Program-made: the position numbers and the translations under genes
Part shown: positions 9,954-20,582 of the stretch, piece by piece
Layout: every line of letters begins with the position of its first letter
Position numbering within the stretch: position 1 is the first letter of the stretch
NCBI GenBank assembly: GCA_037200965.1
Contig: JBBCGK010000001.1
Span: 433,992-497,991, forward strand
Length of the DNA: 64,000 nt
Reading direction: 5' to 3'
From: a bacterium
GTDB lineage: Bacteria; Patescibacteriota; Minisyncoccia; Phycocordibacterales; Phycocordibacteraceae
Notes under the pieces: generated by a model
The model's input: the letters and a program-made list of their open reading frames with translations, nothing else
What the model was told of the DNA's origin: nothing
Databases searched by the model: none

Positions 9954-11324
9954 TCACCATGAGCTTACGCGAAACAGCATCCTTTTGATAGTCTTGAGCG
10001 CGATAACGATGTCGAGCCCGAGCGAGCGGTATTTGAGGTAGTAGAAGTCGTAAGCGAGGCGGGTTTTGGTCTCTTCTATGGATTGCGGGCTGATGCTTCC
10101 CTGCTCGTACTGCTGGTTGATCTGCGCCCAGCCCGTGATGCCGGGCTTCACGATATAGCGGGCGTCGTAGTACGGAATAGCTTCGGAGAGACGCTTGCCG
10201 AGCCCTTCGATATCGCTTCGGGGGCCGATGAGCGAGATTTCGCCCCGAAGGACGTTGAGCCATTGCGGAAACTCGTCAAGCGACGTCACGCGAAGGAAGC
10301 TGCCGACGCGTGTGACCCGGTTCTCCCCTTCCGTCGTCCATTCGCCGGAACTTGCGAGATTCTTGGTCATGCTCCGGAACTTGCGCGCGGCGACCGGCCT
10401 TCCGCACTCCCCTATGCGGACCTGTTCGATGAATACGGGACCGGGACCTTCGAGTTTCTGCGCGAAATACACGAAGGGCGTAGCGAGCGCGGTTACGAGG
10501 CCCATCACGAGGCCCCCGATGATATCGATTGCGCGCTTGGCGGCCATATACGCAAGCGACGGATTCGCGGAAACGTGCTTGAGGAACCATTCGTGCTTCA
10601 TAAGCGAGAGCGGGATGCGGTCGAAGACCTCTTCGTATACCTGCGTGAATTCGGCAAACTGGTAGGTGCGCCTGAAGCAGGACAGGTGATAGATGAGCGG
10701 CAGGAGGCCCTTGGCAACGGGGTGCTCGGTATCGACGACGAGCATCCCCACGTTCGCTTTCTCGAACTCCGCTTCAAGCGCTGCGGCATCAAGGTCCGCG
10801 AACTCCTCCGGGGTGCGGACAAGCGCGAATTCGAGATGATAGCGGGAATTCCCGTTGACTTCCCGCACAAGCTCGTCCGCTTCCGCGCCGCTTGCGATGA
10901 GCGCCGCGCGAAAACGAACGCGGCGGCTGGTCAGTTTCGGATAGAGCGCAAGGCGCCAGAGGAAGATAAGCCCGAGCGAGATGACGAGATACAGAACGAG
11001 ATTGGTTTTCGGGGCGATGCCGACGCCGGGCACGAGAAAGAAGAAGAGTGCGGCGAGCACGATGTTGAATACCTGCGTCTTGAGGAGCGCATCAGCCAGC
11101 CGGCTCTTGAAGAGGATTACCCGCTTGCCATAGAGGCCCGAGAGATAGAAAACGAGGATCCATAGCGCGAACAGGAGCGCGAATACCGGGAAGTGAGCGC
11201 CGAACGTCTCGCGGCTCGGGAGTTCCCCGTAGCGAAGGAGAAGGGTAAGCCAAAGCGCCGCCACGAAGGCGGCAATATCGCCGAGAAACAGGAGCGCGGC
11301 TCCCCTTTTGCCACCGTGAGTCAT
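9954..11324 (-). CDS. Polyprenyl-phosphate sugar phosphotransferase (WbaP/bacterial sugar transferase family)
   Basis: N-terminal TM segments and a C-terminal catalytic domain with SLDEFPQWLNVLRGEISLIGPRS and KPGITGWAQIN. Confidence 0.85.
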   Translation of the reverse strand: MTHGGKRGAALLFLGDIAAFVAALWLTLLLRYGELPSRETFGAHFPVFALLFALWILVFYLSGLYGKRVILFKSRLADALLKTQVFNIVLAALFFFLVPGVGIAPKTNLVLYLVISLGLIFLWRLALYPKLTSRRVRFRAALIASGAEADELVREVNGNSRYHLEFALVRTPEEFADLDAAALEAEFEKANVGMLVVDTEHPVAKGLLPLIYHLSCFRRTYQFAEFTQVYEEVFDRIPLSLMKHEWFLKHVSANPSLAYMAAKRAIDIIGGLVMGLVTALATPFVYFAQKLEGPGPVFIEQVRIGECGRPVAARKFRSMTKNLASSGEWTTEGENRVTRVGSFLRVTSLDEFPQWLNVLRGEISLIGPRSDIEGLGKRLSEAIPYYDARYIVKPGITGWAQINQQYEQGSISPQSIEETKTRLAYDFYYLKYRSLGLDIVIALKTIKRMLFRVSSW

Positions 11325-11359
11325 CGGATACGGTTATACTATAGAACATCTACAGCCGC

Positions 11360-12490
11360 ATGGAAGTTACGCCCCCGCACAAGATTCTCTACGTCATCAC
11401 CAAGGCAAACTGGGGCGGCGCGCAGAAATACGTCTTCGACCTCGCGCTTGAGGCGAAAAAACGCGGGTACGATGCGGCGGTCGCGTACGGCGAGGAGGGG
11501 CTCCTGGCAAAAAAACTCGCGGAGGCGGGCGTGCGGACGATGCGCGTCGCGGCGCTTCGCCGCGACGTATTGGGGCTCGGGGAGTTCAAGGCGGCGGCGG
11601 AGCTGTGGCGTTTGTTTCGGGAGGAACGTCCGGACATCGTGCACCTTAACAGCTCGAAAGCGGGGTTTATAGGCACGCTCGCGGCGCGGATGGCCCGCGT
11701 GCCGCGCATAGTCTTCACGGCGCACGGATGGGCCTTCAACGAACCGCGCCGGAAGTTCGAGAAGAACCTTTTCGGCATCCTCCACCACCTCACCATTCTC
11801 GGGACGCACCGGACGATCTGCAATTCGGAAGCCACGTACCGGGACGTTGCGTGCATGCCGGGCGCCCGGGGAAGGCTTGTCGTGATATATAACGGGGTCG
11901 AACCGGTGGAACTGCACGGGCGGGCGGCGGCGCGCGCGAAGCTTGCCCCCGGTCTTAAGGCTACATTCTGGCTCGGTACGCTTGCGGAACTCCATCGCGT
12001 GAAGGGCCTTGATGTCGCGCTCAGGGCGTTCTCGAAGATCGCGGAGCGCTTCCCCGACATGGCGCTTGTGCTTATGGGAAGCGGCGAGGAACGCGCGCAT
12101 CTCACCGCCCTTGCGCACTGGCTTGGCATCGAGAAGCGCGTCTTTTTTTGCGGACATGTGGAAAACGCGGCGGGCTATCTCCCGGCGTTCGATCTGTTTC
12201 TCCTTCCGTCGCGCTCCGAAAGCTTCGGGTACGTGGTGGCCGAAGCGGGGCTTGCGAGGGTGCCCGTGATCGCAAGCAGCGTGGGCGGCGTGCCGGAGCT
12301 TATCGAACACAAGGTGACAGGGCTGTTGGTACCTCCGGACGATGCCGATGCGCTCGCGCAGGCGATAGCAGACCTGCGGGAAGATCCCGCGCTTGCCGCC
12401 GGACTTGCCGGGAAGTTCTTCGAGCGCGTGCACAGGGATTTCTCAAAACAGAAATCGCTTGACGAGACATTCGCGCTTTACGGCCTTTAG
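11360..12490 (+). CDS. Glycosyltransferase family 4 (GT-B)
   Basis: KILYVITKANWGGAQKYVFDLA at the N-terminus and the C-terminal PSRSESFGYVVAEAGLARVPVIAS (EX7E region). Confidence 0.85.
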   Translation: MEVTPPHKILYVITKANWGGAQKYVFDLALEAKKRGYDAAVAYGEEGLLAKKLAEAGVRTMRVAALRRDVLGLGEFKAAAELWRLFREERPDIVHLNSSKAGFIGTLAARMARVPRIVFTAHGWAFNEPRRKFEKNLFGILHHLTILGTHRTICNSEATYRDVACMPGARGRLVVIYNGVEPVELHGRAAARAKLAPGLKATFWLGTLAELHRVKGLDVALRAFSKIAERFPDMALVLMGSGEERAHLTALAHWLGIEKRVFFCGHVENAAGYLPAFDLFLLPSRSESFGYVVAEAGLARVPVIASSVGGVPELIEHKVTGLLVPPDDADALAQAIADLREDPALAAGLAGKFFERVHRDFSKQKSLDETFALYGL

Positions 12491-13623
12491 CCTATATATT
12501 CCTGGCCCGCGAGCGAACGCGAGACGCTCCTGCCGTGCCGGGCAAGCGATGAGACGATGCCAAGCGCCGCGAATTCCATAAGGAGATGCGACCCGCCGGA
12601 GCTCATGAACGGTATCGTCGTGCCGGTAACCGGCAGGAGTCCCAGGTTGATCCCCGCGTGTATGAAAAGGTGCGCCATAAGGACGAGGGCGACGCCAAGC
12701 GTGAAGAACGCGTCGAAATTGGTCGCCGCGCGCTTCGCGATATCGATGAGGCGGGCGAGCAGGAGGCCGTAGAGAAGCAGGAGAAGGAGAACGCCGACGA
12801 AGCCCCACTCTTCGGCGAACGCGGCGAACACGAAGTCCGTCTCGTATTCCGGAAGGAACCGGAGCTTCGACTGCGTGCCGTATCCGATTCCCTTCCCGAG
12901 CCACTCCCCGGAGCCCACGGCGACCGTCGCCTGATAGGCGTTATAGCCCGCGCCGCGGATGTCGGCCGCGGGATTGAGGAAGGCGACAATGCGCGTCCGC
13001 TGATAGTCGTGAAGGCCAAGGGACCAGAACCCCGCCGCGGCGACGATGCCCGCAAGCGCGACGAGCGCCAGATGCTTTTTCGAGATGCCGGAAACGAGCA
13101 TCATGCCAAGCCATACGGCGGAAAGTATCACGGCGGTCCCGAGATCGGGCTGCACGAGGACCAGAAGAATCAGGGCGGCCGCATAGAGGCCGGAAATGAT
13201 GACGTGCTTCAGCTGCGCGATGTCGACGTGCCGGCGAGAGAGGTATTTCGACAAAAGCATTACGAGCGCGAGCTTCGCGAAATCGGCGGGCTGGAACGAA
13301 AAGCCGCCAAGAAGAAACCAGCTTTTCGCCCCCATTACCTTATGCGCGACAAGGAGGAGGAGCGCGAGGAGCGCGACCGCAAGCGCGTACGCCGCGAACA
13401 CGACCTCCTTGCGCCTCAGGAACCGCAAATCAAGCGAGGAAAGGGCGAAATACGCGAATACCGCGAGGACGAGCCACTCAAGCTGGCGCGGCGCGAGGCT
13501 TGCGCCCACGCCGAACGTATTCATGGTAAGGACGCCAAGCAGCGTGAGCGTTATGGCCGGAAGGATGAGGAGCCAGTCGAACCGGCGGGGGAAGCCCTCG
13601 GCCTTCGAAAACAGTTCCCTCAT
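12487..13623 (-). CDS. ftsW: FtsW/RodA/SpoVE family peptidoglycan glycosyltransferase
   Basis: Ten-TM SEDS layout with PADFAKLALVMLLSKYL, GTAVILSAVWLGMM and GTTIPFMSSGGSHLL. Confidence 0.85.
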   Translation of the reverse strand: MRELFSKAEGFPRRFDWLLILPAITLTLLGVLTMNTFGVGASLAPRQLEWLVLAVFAYFALSSLDLRFLRRKEVVFAAYALAVALLALLLLVAHKVMGAKSWFLLGGFSFQPADFAKLALVMLLSKYLSRRHVDIAQLKHVIISGLYAAALILLVLVQPDLGTAVILSAVWLGMMLVSGISKKHLALVALAGIVAAAGFWSLGLHDYQRTRIVAFLNPAADIRGAGYNAYQATVAVGSGEWLGKGIGYGTQSKLRFLPEYETDFVFAAFAEEWGFVGVLLLLLLYGLLLARLIDIAKRAATNFDAFFTLGVALVLMAHLFIHAGINLGLLPVTGTTIPFMSSGGSHLLMEFAALGIVSSLARHGRSVSRSLAGQEYIG

Positions 13624-14411
13624 CGCGGGAGCATAATGACGGGCTTGACCTCAATGCGGGCTACCGGGGCCGGGAAGGCCGCGTTCCAGGTGAAGATCGC
13701 AGAAGCGCTACCCTGCGGCTGGATCGCTTCGAGCACGGTCTGCGAGGCGCCGACCGCGTTTCCGGATGCGTCGAATACCGTCGCGACGACTTTCGTATTG
13801 TAAAGCGGCTCAACGTCGTCGTTTTGGAGAACGGCAGTGATGCGGGGCGCATCCGGCGTGCCGCCAAGCTCCGCGCTCCTTGCTTTCGGAAGTACGCGCG
13901 TCTCCCGATAGCTTTCCCACAGGACGGAATCCTGATCGAACGTAAGAAACACCCGAACGACCTGCTGGTTGCCGGAAAAGAAATTCGGCACGTAGACCGG
14001 GACGACCGACTTCGGCGGGAGGTCAACCGTACCGTTCGAGCTCGCGATGATCACATTCCCCGCTCCGTAGAGATCGATGCGATACGGGGCGCTGCGGGCG
14101 GCAGCGGATGGATTCTGATTCTCGACGTACGCGATCACATCGGTACGGCCCGCGCGAGGCGAGAGCGCCCTGACGAATTGCACCACCGGAGCTTCGGTCT
14201 TGACCGCACAAAGGTACGGACAGGGTCCGCCGCAGTCCACGCCTTCTTCGCCCTGGTTCTGCTTCGTGTCGGTACATGAAGGCGCCCTATACACCGCGGC
14301 AAACAGAATGGCCGCCGCGAGCACAGCCGCAAGGGCGATAAGCCCCCCGAGTATCCAGAATCTTCGTCGCGCTGCCCAGGACATATCTCTAGTATAAACG
14401 AATGCAGCCAA
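13620..14411 (-). CDS. Hypothetical membrane-anchored protein
   Basis: 263-aa ORF with one N-terminal TM segment (RFWILGGLIALAAVLAAAILFAAV), a Cys cluster and a beta-rich remainder. It overlaps the ftsW start by 4 nt. Confidence 0.6.
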   Translation of the reverse strand: MAAFVYTRDMSWAARRRFWILGGLIALAAVLAAAILFAAVYRAPSCTDTKQNQGEEGVDCGGPCPYLCAVKTEAPVVQFVRALSPRAGRTDVIAYVENQNPSAAARSAPYRIDLYGAGNVIIASSNGTVDLPPKSVVPVYVPNFFSGNQQVVRVFLTFDQDSVLWESYRETRVLPKARSAELGGTPDAPRITAVLQNDDVEPLYNTKVVATVFDASGNAVGASQTVLEAIQPQGSASAIFTWNAAFPAPVARIEVKPVIMLPR

Positions 14412-14447
14412 CTCAACGAGTCGGCCGCAAACTCACCTTATGATCTC

Positions 14448-14690
14448 TTATCGTCTGAAAAGCACGCGGTCGACCGAAGCTTGGAATCGGCGTTTGCAGA
14501 AAGCGCATCCGCTTCCCGCGAACATATGTTCGTAGATAGCAGCAAGCGATGCATGCGGGTCCGCCGACGCTCCTAAACAGGTAGCGTAGGTGCCCACAAA
14601 AGGAACTTCCCATTCATCAATTGCCGCGATGTGCGGATATTTGTTCGCTAACGCCAAAACTTCTGCCGATTCTTGTCCCGAAGTTCTCAT
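14448..14690 (-). CDS. Hypothetical small protein (uncertain)
   Basis: 80-aa ORF between the 5S rRNA gene and the next gene. No motif recognised. Confidence 0.3.
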   Translation of the reverse strand: MRTSGQESAEVLALANKYPHIAAIDEWEVPFVGTYATCLGASADPHASLAAIYEHMFAGSGCAFCKRRFQASVDRVLFRR

Positions 14691-14760
14691 GGGCCTTACT
14701 CCTTCTCTCCTTTACCGGGAACTCGTAAATACGGTGCAAGGTTACGAAAACACGCCCGCA

Positions 14761-14871
14761 GTGCTGGCGACTACCTACTCTCCCCCTTGCGGAGTACCAT
14801 CGGTTCAAGAGGGCTTGACTGCCGAGTTCGGAATGAGATCGGGTATGACCCCTCCGACAAATCACCAGCAC
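14761..14871 (-). rRNA. rrf: 5S rRNA
   Basis: Plus strand GTGCTGGCGACTACCTACTCTCCC...CCGAGTTCGGAATGAGATCGGGTATGACC...CACCAGCAC parallels the reverse complement of E. coli 5S (GCCTGGCAGTTCCCTACTCTCGC...GAGTTCGGCATGGGGTCAGGTGGGACC...). It lies about 90 nt downstream of the 23S 3' end. Confidence 0.85.
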
Positions 14872-15259
14872 CGCGGGCGCGTTTTATAAAACGGCACGCA
14901 CGATGCAAACGAGATACGTATAGATGGAAAATGCGAGCGCGCGCAGATTGTGGCACGCAGAGTTCCGCACAGTAGACTCGGCATATTAGTATTCCTCCGC
15001 TCCGGCAATTGCTTGCCTTCCACGTAGAACCTATCAACCTGGTAATCTCCCAGGTGCCTGATAACGATTTCTAATCTTGGAGCACGCTTCCCGCTTATAT
15101 GCTTTCAGCGGTTATCGCAACCCGACATAGCTACCCAGCGGTGCCCTTGGCAGGACAGCTGGCAGACCAGAGGTCAGTTCATCCCGGTCCTCTCGTACTA
15201 GGGACGACCCTCCTCAAAAATCAACGCCTGTAGTAGATAGGAGACCAACCTGTCTCACG

Positions 15260-15934
15260 CATGTTCTCACGCATTACTGCGTGCATCGGACTGTAACTTC
15301 ATCGGTTCTCGATGTTCAACGTTCAGTCTCTACGGGCGATATACCTCCGTATCCGCTTCTTGGAGTAGTTCAGTTCTCCGAAAGCGTTTACGAGTTCGAG
15401 CAATTTCTTGAATGCTGCCTGATTCTGTTCGCGCTTCTTGCAGTCCAGGACCTTCTTCAGGAGAGCGATCTGTTTCTTCTTCAACCGAACGAAAGGTTCG
15501 ACGAGTCGGATCATCTCTTCTAAGTCGTCAAGACGCTGCACCGTGTACTCGCACACGCCATCCTTGCGTTCCCGAAGGGAACCGAACGGCATAAGCGTAC
15601 ACATCTTCTCGAAAGAATCCTTCGACTTGGCGGACTGGAAGAACACTATCGCTGGTGCAATCTGGTATCCGAACCGATAGGTTGAATTAGGTTTTGCACG
15701 AACGTAGATGCTTCCATCCCCATCGAGGAATCCTGCGAGATAAGCCCTGTCAGTGTCAGATAGGCGAATTTGCTTCATATCTTCCCTCGGTATTATCCTA
15801 CCATATGACAGGTTAGGACTTCACCGATATAAGTTGAATTGTCGTACTGCATTCCTGCAATACGCCGCCGTGATCATGTCTTCTGCCTCGGGGCTCAGAC
15901 CGTTCAGTGGCCGATGCTTTCATCTAGCCGCTGA
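15260..15934 (-). mobile_element. Group I intron in 23S (675 bp) at the I-CreI-type site
   Basis: The exon sequence ...CTGTCTCACG (ends 15259) resumes at ACGGTCTGAACCCAAC (15935). RNA sense reads ...GGTTCAGACCGT|intron|CGTGAGACAG..., the conserved site occupied by the Chlamydomonas I-CreI intron. Core-like GTAGAGACTGAACG...GTTACAGTCCGATGC is present. Confidence 0.8.
15323..15778 (-). CDS. LAGLIDADG homing endonuclease (single-motif, I-CreI-like size)
   Basis: [14 protein letters not shown] motif, 151 aa, located entirely inside the 23S intron. Confidence 0.85.
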   Translation of the reverse strand: MKQIRLSDTDRAYLAGFLDGDGSIYVRAKPNSTYRFGYQIAPAIVFFQSAKSKDSFEKMCTLMPFGSLRERKDGVCEYTVQRLDDLEEMIRLVEPFVRLKKKQIALLKKVLDCKKREQNQAAFKKLLELVNAFGELNYSKKRIRRYIARRD

Positions 15935-16268
15935 ACGGTCTGAACCCAACTCACGTAACATTTTAATTGGCGAACAGCCAAACGCTTGGGACCTTCTCCA
16001 GCCCCGCGCTATGTTGAGTCGACATCGAGGTGCCGAACTCCGCCGTCGCTATGGACGCTTGGGCGGAACTAGCCTGTTATCCCCAGAGTAACTTTTATCC
16101 GTTGAGCTCTGGCCGCATCTAAGGCGTACCATCGGATCACTATGCTCTGCTTTCGCATCTGCTCGGGATGTACCCCTTGCAGTTAAGCTCTCTTATGCCA
16201 TTACACTATCGGCACGGTTTCCATTCGCGCCTAGAGAACCTTAATAGACTCCTCCGTTACTTTTTAGG

Positions 16269-16563
16269 CGTGTGGTACTCAATCGCTTGAGCGCGCGATC
16301 ACGGAATCGCACCTCTATGTCGCCATAGAGATCGGACTATATCTTCATCACCTTGCGGTGAGATCGGCGTGTAGTCTCTGAGGGTTCTCTTACGAGTCTT
16401 CCCTGCTGATTGTCCGCACCGGACGGATTTTCACTCTTTCGAGTACCGCCGGATACCCGGATGTTCCAGCATTTGGCCGATTTGCTTGTACCGGTTGCCC
16501 GGCACAGTCCCCCTTTTTTATATTTATCGGTTTTCGGATGATGGTCGAACGGGCGCCGCTTTC
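16269..16563 (-). mobile_element. ORF-less group I intron in 23S (about 295 bp)
   Basis: The insertion lies between CCTCCGTTACTTTTTAGG (ends about 16268) and AGGATAGCGCCCCACC (starts about 16564). It carries GATCGGACTATATC (16330-16343) and CGGCGTGTAGTCTCTGAGGG (16365-16384), near-identical to the 16S intron core. No LAGLIDADG ORF is present. Confidence 0.7.
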
Positions 16564-16891
16564 GAGGATAGCGCCCCACCAAAACTGCCTACCACGCACG
16601 GTCCCGAGGAGGATCCCTCCTCGGTTAGGAACTGCACAATTCAAGAGTGGTATTTCACTGACGAGTCCACGGGAGCCGAAACCCCCGCTTCAACCTCTCC
16701 CACCTATGCTACGCAGGAATCACGCAGCCCCAATACGAAGCTGCAGTAAAGCTTCTGGGGTCTTTTCGTCTAACTACAGGTAACCGGCATCTTCACCGGT
16801 AATGCATTTTCACCGAGCGAGTCCTCGAGACAGTTCCCCAGTCATTACGCCATTCGTGCACGTCGGAATTTACCCGACAAGGAATTGCGCT

Positions 16892-17850
16892 CTTCTATTC
16901 CTCTACGAAGGACCATTTCTTCACCCCCGAAGGGGTGCGCGGCGTATGGCCTCTCTTGTGAGCCGCGGATCTGCTATGCGTTGCCGCATAACGAGGTAGC
17001 TTGTCATGACGTAATCTTTCGAACTGTTTACGGTCTCCTACAATCGTCCCAATCCGTTCCGCGCTCGATCGCTCGAACGCGGAACCTTAGGCATATCTCC
17101 TTCCTGTCGCCAGGAGGTTGGACTTTATCATCTCGCGTCTCAAGCGAGTCCGACGTAAAGTCTCTGAGGATTCATGTGTTCAATTACTAATCCGGGAGCG
17201 TCGCGAGCATCTCTTGTAGAGCGTGCTTGCGGCCCTTTCCTTGTTGATTCATCGAGTATGCGAGTGTTGCTATCCTCACAAACCCTTCCTTCGTCCAGTG
17301 CTCCCGCTTCTCCATTGCCGCGACGATCTCCTTGAAGATCACGAATGTCTCGGCTTTGACGAGAAGCGGGTATCGCTCGAAGAACGGTATAACCCGCTCG
17401 ACGATTGAACGTCTCGAATCGATGCTGAAGTTGAGGACGGGATGAGTTCCGGATTTTCGATATATCGACCCTGTCCCGAAGGTTTCCTTCATGAGTTCAA
17501 GCACCTCGCGGTGCTTCTCATGCTGGTATACCTGGAAACAAGGATTGATCATCCATCCGAACTTTTGGGTCGGATGCTTGATGATCGATACCGAGAAGCT
17601 TCCCTCTCCGTCCACGAATCCTGCTACATAGTAGTTGCGCTGATGTCGCTTGCCACGGAAGTAGCTCATGACATCAGCCGAGTTATTCAGTCTCATGGCT
17701 AAGTTTGTTAGTTGTGAGACGAACACATGTCTTTCCTGCTGATTGACTGCACCGCGCGCATTGTTACCTGCTCGGTAGCGGCGGATACACCAGTTATTCC
17801 AGCATTTGGTCGGATTTTATAATCGCCCGACTTTTGACCTACTTGCGCAG
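16892..17850 (-). mobile_element. Group I intron in 23S (about 960 bp) at the I-CeuI/I-PpoI-type site
   Basis: The exon GACAAGGAATTGCGCT ends at 16891 and resumes near 17851 (GTTTGTAGGGTCCACGATTATAGTTATCGCC, corresponding to E. coli ...AGGACCGTTATAGTTACGGCC). Core-like AGTCCGACGTAAAGTCTCTGAGG lies at about 17148-17170. Boundaries are good to about 10 nt. Confidence 0.7.
17187..17726 (-). CDS. LAGLIDADG homing endonuclease (single-motif)
   Basis: YVAGFVDGEGSFSV motif, 179 aa, inside the 23S intron. Confidence 0.85.
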   Translation of the reverse strand: MFVSQLTNLAMRLNNSADVMSYFRGKRHQRNYYVAGFVDGEGSFSVSIIKHPTQKFGWMINPCFQVYQHEKHREVLELMKETFGTGSIYRKSGTHPVLNFSIDSRRSIVERVIPFFERYPLLVKAETFVIFKEIVAAMEKREHWTKEGFVRIATLAYSMNQQGKGRKHALQEMLATLPD

Positions 17851-18056
17851 GTTTGTAGGGTCCACGATTATAGTTATCGCCGACATTCACCAGGGCATAT
17901 ACAGCCCAGCACTATATCCGAAGACATAGCACCCTCCGTACTTAACCTTCTGGCATCGGTCAGGCGTCACCCCCTATACATCCTCTTACGAGTTCGCAGG
18001 GAGCTGTGTTTTTGGTAAACAGTTGCCAGGGAATCTTTCGCTGCGGCCCGCGCACC

Positions 18057-18398
18057 ACTTTAGCCTCAACTCTTTTGGAAGGAGCGGAAACTAAAGTACT
18101 CGACGATCAAGACATGTTGTGAATCCGGATATCCGTTCCGATCTTCGTGGAATTATCCACAAAGAAAAGTCGGGGGCGTCTCCGTTCTACAACGTCATCC
18201 ATCAGCTGGCCCAGGTCTTCCGGGCCGCAGATGTATTTCTGATCATCGTTCACGAACTCTAACGTGCACTCGGAAGCACTCGGATAACGATACTTGAACG
18301 ACCTCAACTCTCTGGTCGTGAGCATCGTATACAGTACTTCGAGGTCAAGTTTTGTTCTTTGCTGCGTCATTTTGCTCTCCATATGTTGAGGACAAAGT
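18057..18398 (-). other. 342-bp insertion at the apex of a 23S helix (variable-helix / expansion-type insertion)
   Basis: GCCCGCGCACC (18046-18056) pairs with GGTGCGCGGGC (18399-18409). The intervening sequence has no counterpart in E. coli 23S, where a short variable hairpin sits. No group I core motif was seen. Confidence 0.6.
18107..18370 (-). CDS. Hypothetical 87-aa protein encoded inside the 23S insertion
   Basis: The ORF MTQQRTKLDLEVLYT...IHNMS is preceded by GGAGAGCAAA-ATG (SD-like). The longer track ORF (to 18529) would run into the rRNA exon and is disfavoured. No LAGLIDADG, GIY-YIG or HNH motif is present. Confidence 0.4.
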   Translation of the reverse strand: MTQQRTKLDLEVLYTMLTTRELRSFKYRYPSASECTLEFVNDDQKYICGPEDLGQLMDDVVERRRPRLFFVDNSTKIGTDIRIHNMS

Positions 18399-19651
18399 GG
18401 TGCGCGGGCAGGCCTTATCGCTAACTTACGGCCGCTTTTTTGCCGAGTTCCTTGAGGACCTCTCACTCGTTCGTCTTGGTCTTCTCGACCTGACCACCTG
18501 TGTCGGTTTACGGTACGGTCGTCGCACATTAAGCTTAGAAGTTTTTCTTGGAACCGCGCTCTCTACTCTCCGCTCCCCCGTGGGAGAACGTTGCGGCTAC
18601 GCTCGGAATAGCGCATGGCGGATTTACCTACCACACTTCCTCGCGCAACCGACCCAAATCCAATTATGGGCGGTAGATACAGCAGTCCGTCGCTCCATCG
18701 CATATGCGAACGGTCACGGAATATTAACCGTGTGTCCATCGGGTTCGGCTCTCGCCTACCCCTTAGGCCCGACTAACCCAGAGTTGATCATCATGGCTCT
18801 GGAAACCTTGGTCTTTCGACGTGCGGGGTTCTCACCCGCATTGTGGTTACTTGTACCGGCATCCTCACTTCCGTACGCTCCACGACGGGTTACCCCTTAC
18901 GCTTCAGCGCATACGGAACGCTCTCCTACCGCATACCTTTCCCGAAGGAAAGGTACACCCGCAGTTTCGGCACTACGCTTAACCCCGATCATCTTCGGCG
19001 CAGGAACCCTCGATGAGTGAGCTGTTACGCTTTCTTTAAATGGTGGCTGCTTCTAAGCCAACATCCTCATTGTCGAAGGATTCCCACTTCCTTAAGTCGT
19101 ACTGAGCGTAGATTTTGGGGCCTTAACTTGCGATCTGGGCTCTTCCCCTCTCGACCAGTGGAGCTTCGCCCCCACGGTCTAACTGCCATATTCTTGACCC
19201 TTGGTATTCGGAGGTTGATAGGGTCAACGAGATTTCTCCCTGTTTGACCCTTCCAGTGCTCTACCCCCAAGGGGAACATATGACGCCAACCCAAAAGCTG
19301 TTTCGGAGAGAACCAGCTATTACTAGATTCGATTAGCTTTTCACTCCTTACCACAAGTCATCCGAAGACGTTGTACGATCTACCGGTTCGGGCCTCCATC
19401 CGTCTTTCGACGAACTTCACCCTGCTCATGGCAAGCTCATCTAGCTTCGGGTCGTATGCATACTACAGGCGCGCTATTAACACTCGGTTTCCCTGAAGCT
19501 CCATCCGGTAAAGGATTTAGCTACGCAGCATGCATACACTCGCCGGCTCATTCTTCAATAGGCACGCTGTCACGGATACGGCTTGCGCCGTTCCGCTCCA
19601 ACCCCTTGTAAGTGCACGGTTTCAGTTCTATTTCACTCCCCTCTCGGGGTG

Positions 19652-19691
<40 letters not shown>

Positions 19692-20470
19692 CTGCGTGAT
19701 ATTTAGCCTTACCGGTTAGTTCCGGCAGATTCATTCGAGCTATTCGTGTCTCGAACTACTCAGGAACGGAAGCACAAGAGAGATCTCTATTTCGCGTACG
19801 GGGCCATTACCCTCTGGGGCGCTGCTTCCCAGCAGCTTCCGCTATAGAGACCTTTTGTAACTCCTGCCGTATAAATACGGCGCTTCCGCCCTACAACCCC
19901 GAAGATCGAAACCTTCGGTTTGGGCTCTTCCCGTTTCGCTCGCCGCTACTAAGGGAATCGCGAGAGACGTGTTCCACCCCCTCGACGAATCGAGGAGCCG
20001 GAACACGGCTCGCTGTTGTTTTCTATTCCTCCGGGTACTGAGATGTTTCACTTCCCCGGGTACGCTTCCATCCTCTGTCGAGGCGGATTCCCGATATACG
20101 GGAGGGTTTCCCCATTCGGAAATCTTCGGATCAAAGGCTATAAGCCGCCTCCCCGAAGCATATCGCTGGCTGATCGCGTCCTTCATCGCTCACGCAAGCC
20201 TAGGCATCCACCGTGCACCCTTATGTCTCCTGTGCGGAGATCTGTTCACCACAATCTGATAGCACTTGCATTTTGCTGACCGCACGGGCTTAGCCCATAC
20301 GGTTTTGCTTACCATCTATACGTATTCGTATGTCAAAGGGCGCACTATCCACGCGATTTTTCCGACTAAAAAACCGCTCAGAGGAGCGGTCGCATTTGCA
20401 TGCAAGGCCTTCCGGCCTTTATCCGCTACTCGTTGTTAGGGTTTTTCGGGTCGGTATCACGTGTAGGGAG

Positions 20471-20499
20471 AGTATAGGGGAGGGGGCAAAGGCTGTCAA
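20471..20499 (-). promoter_or_regulatory. Candidate sigma70-type promoter for the 23S-5S rRNA unit
   Basis: The minus strand reads TTGACA (20494-20499 rc), a 17-nt C-rich spacer, then TATACT (20471-20476 rc), about 230 nt upstream of the 23S 5' end. Confidence 0.55.
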
Positions 20500-20582
20500 C
20501 AAGGGCATGAGTGGGTGGTTTATAAGGTCCGCCCGCAGATTTGACAAGAATATAGAACTAGTCCATAGTTATATACGAAACA

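Noticed and set aside
10083-13803. Long antisense ORFs (10083-11165 +, 11339-12433 -, 12586-13803 +)
   Set aside because: Each is opposite a gene with strong family motifs (sugar transferase, GT4, FtsW) and has a biased Arg/Glu/Pro composition.
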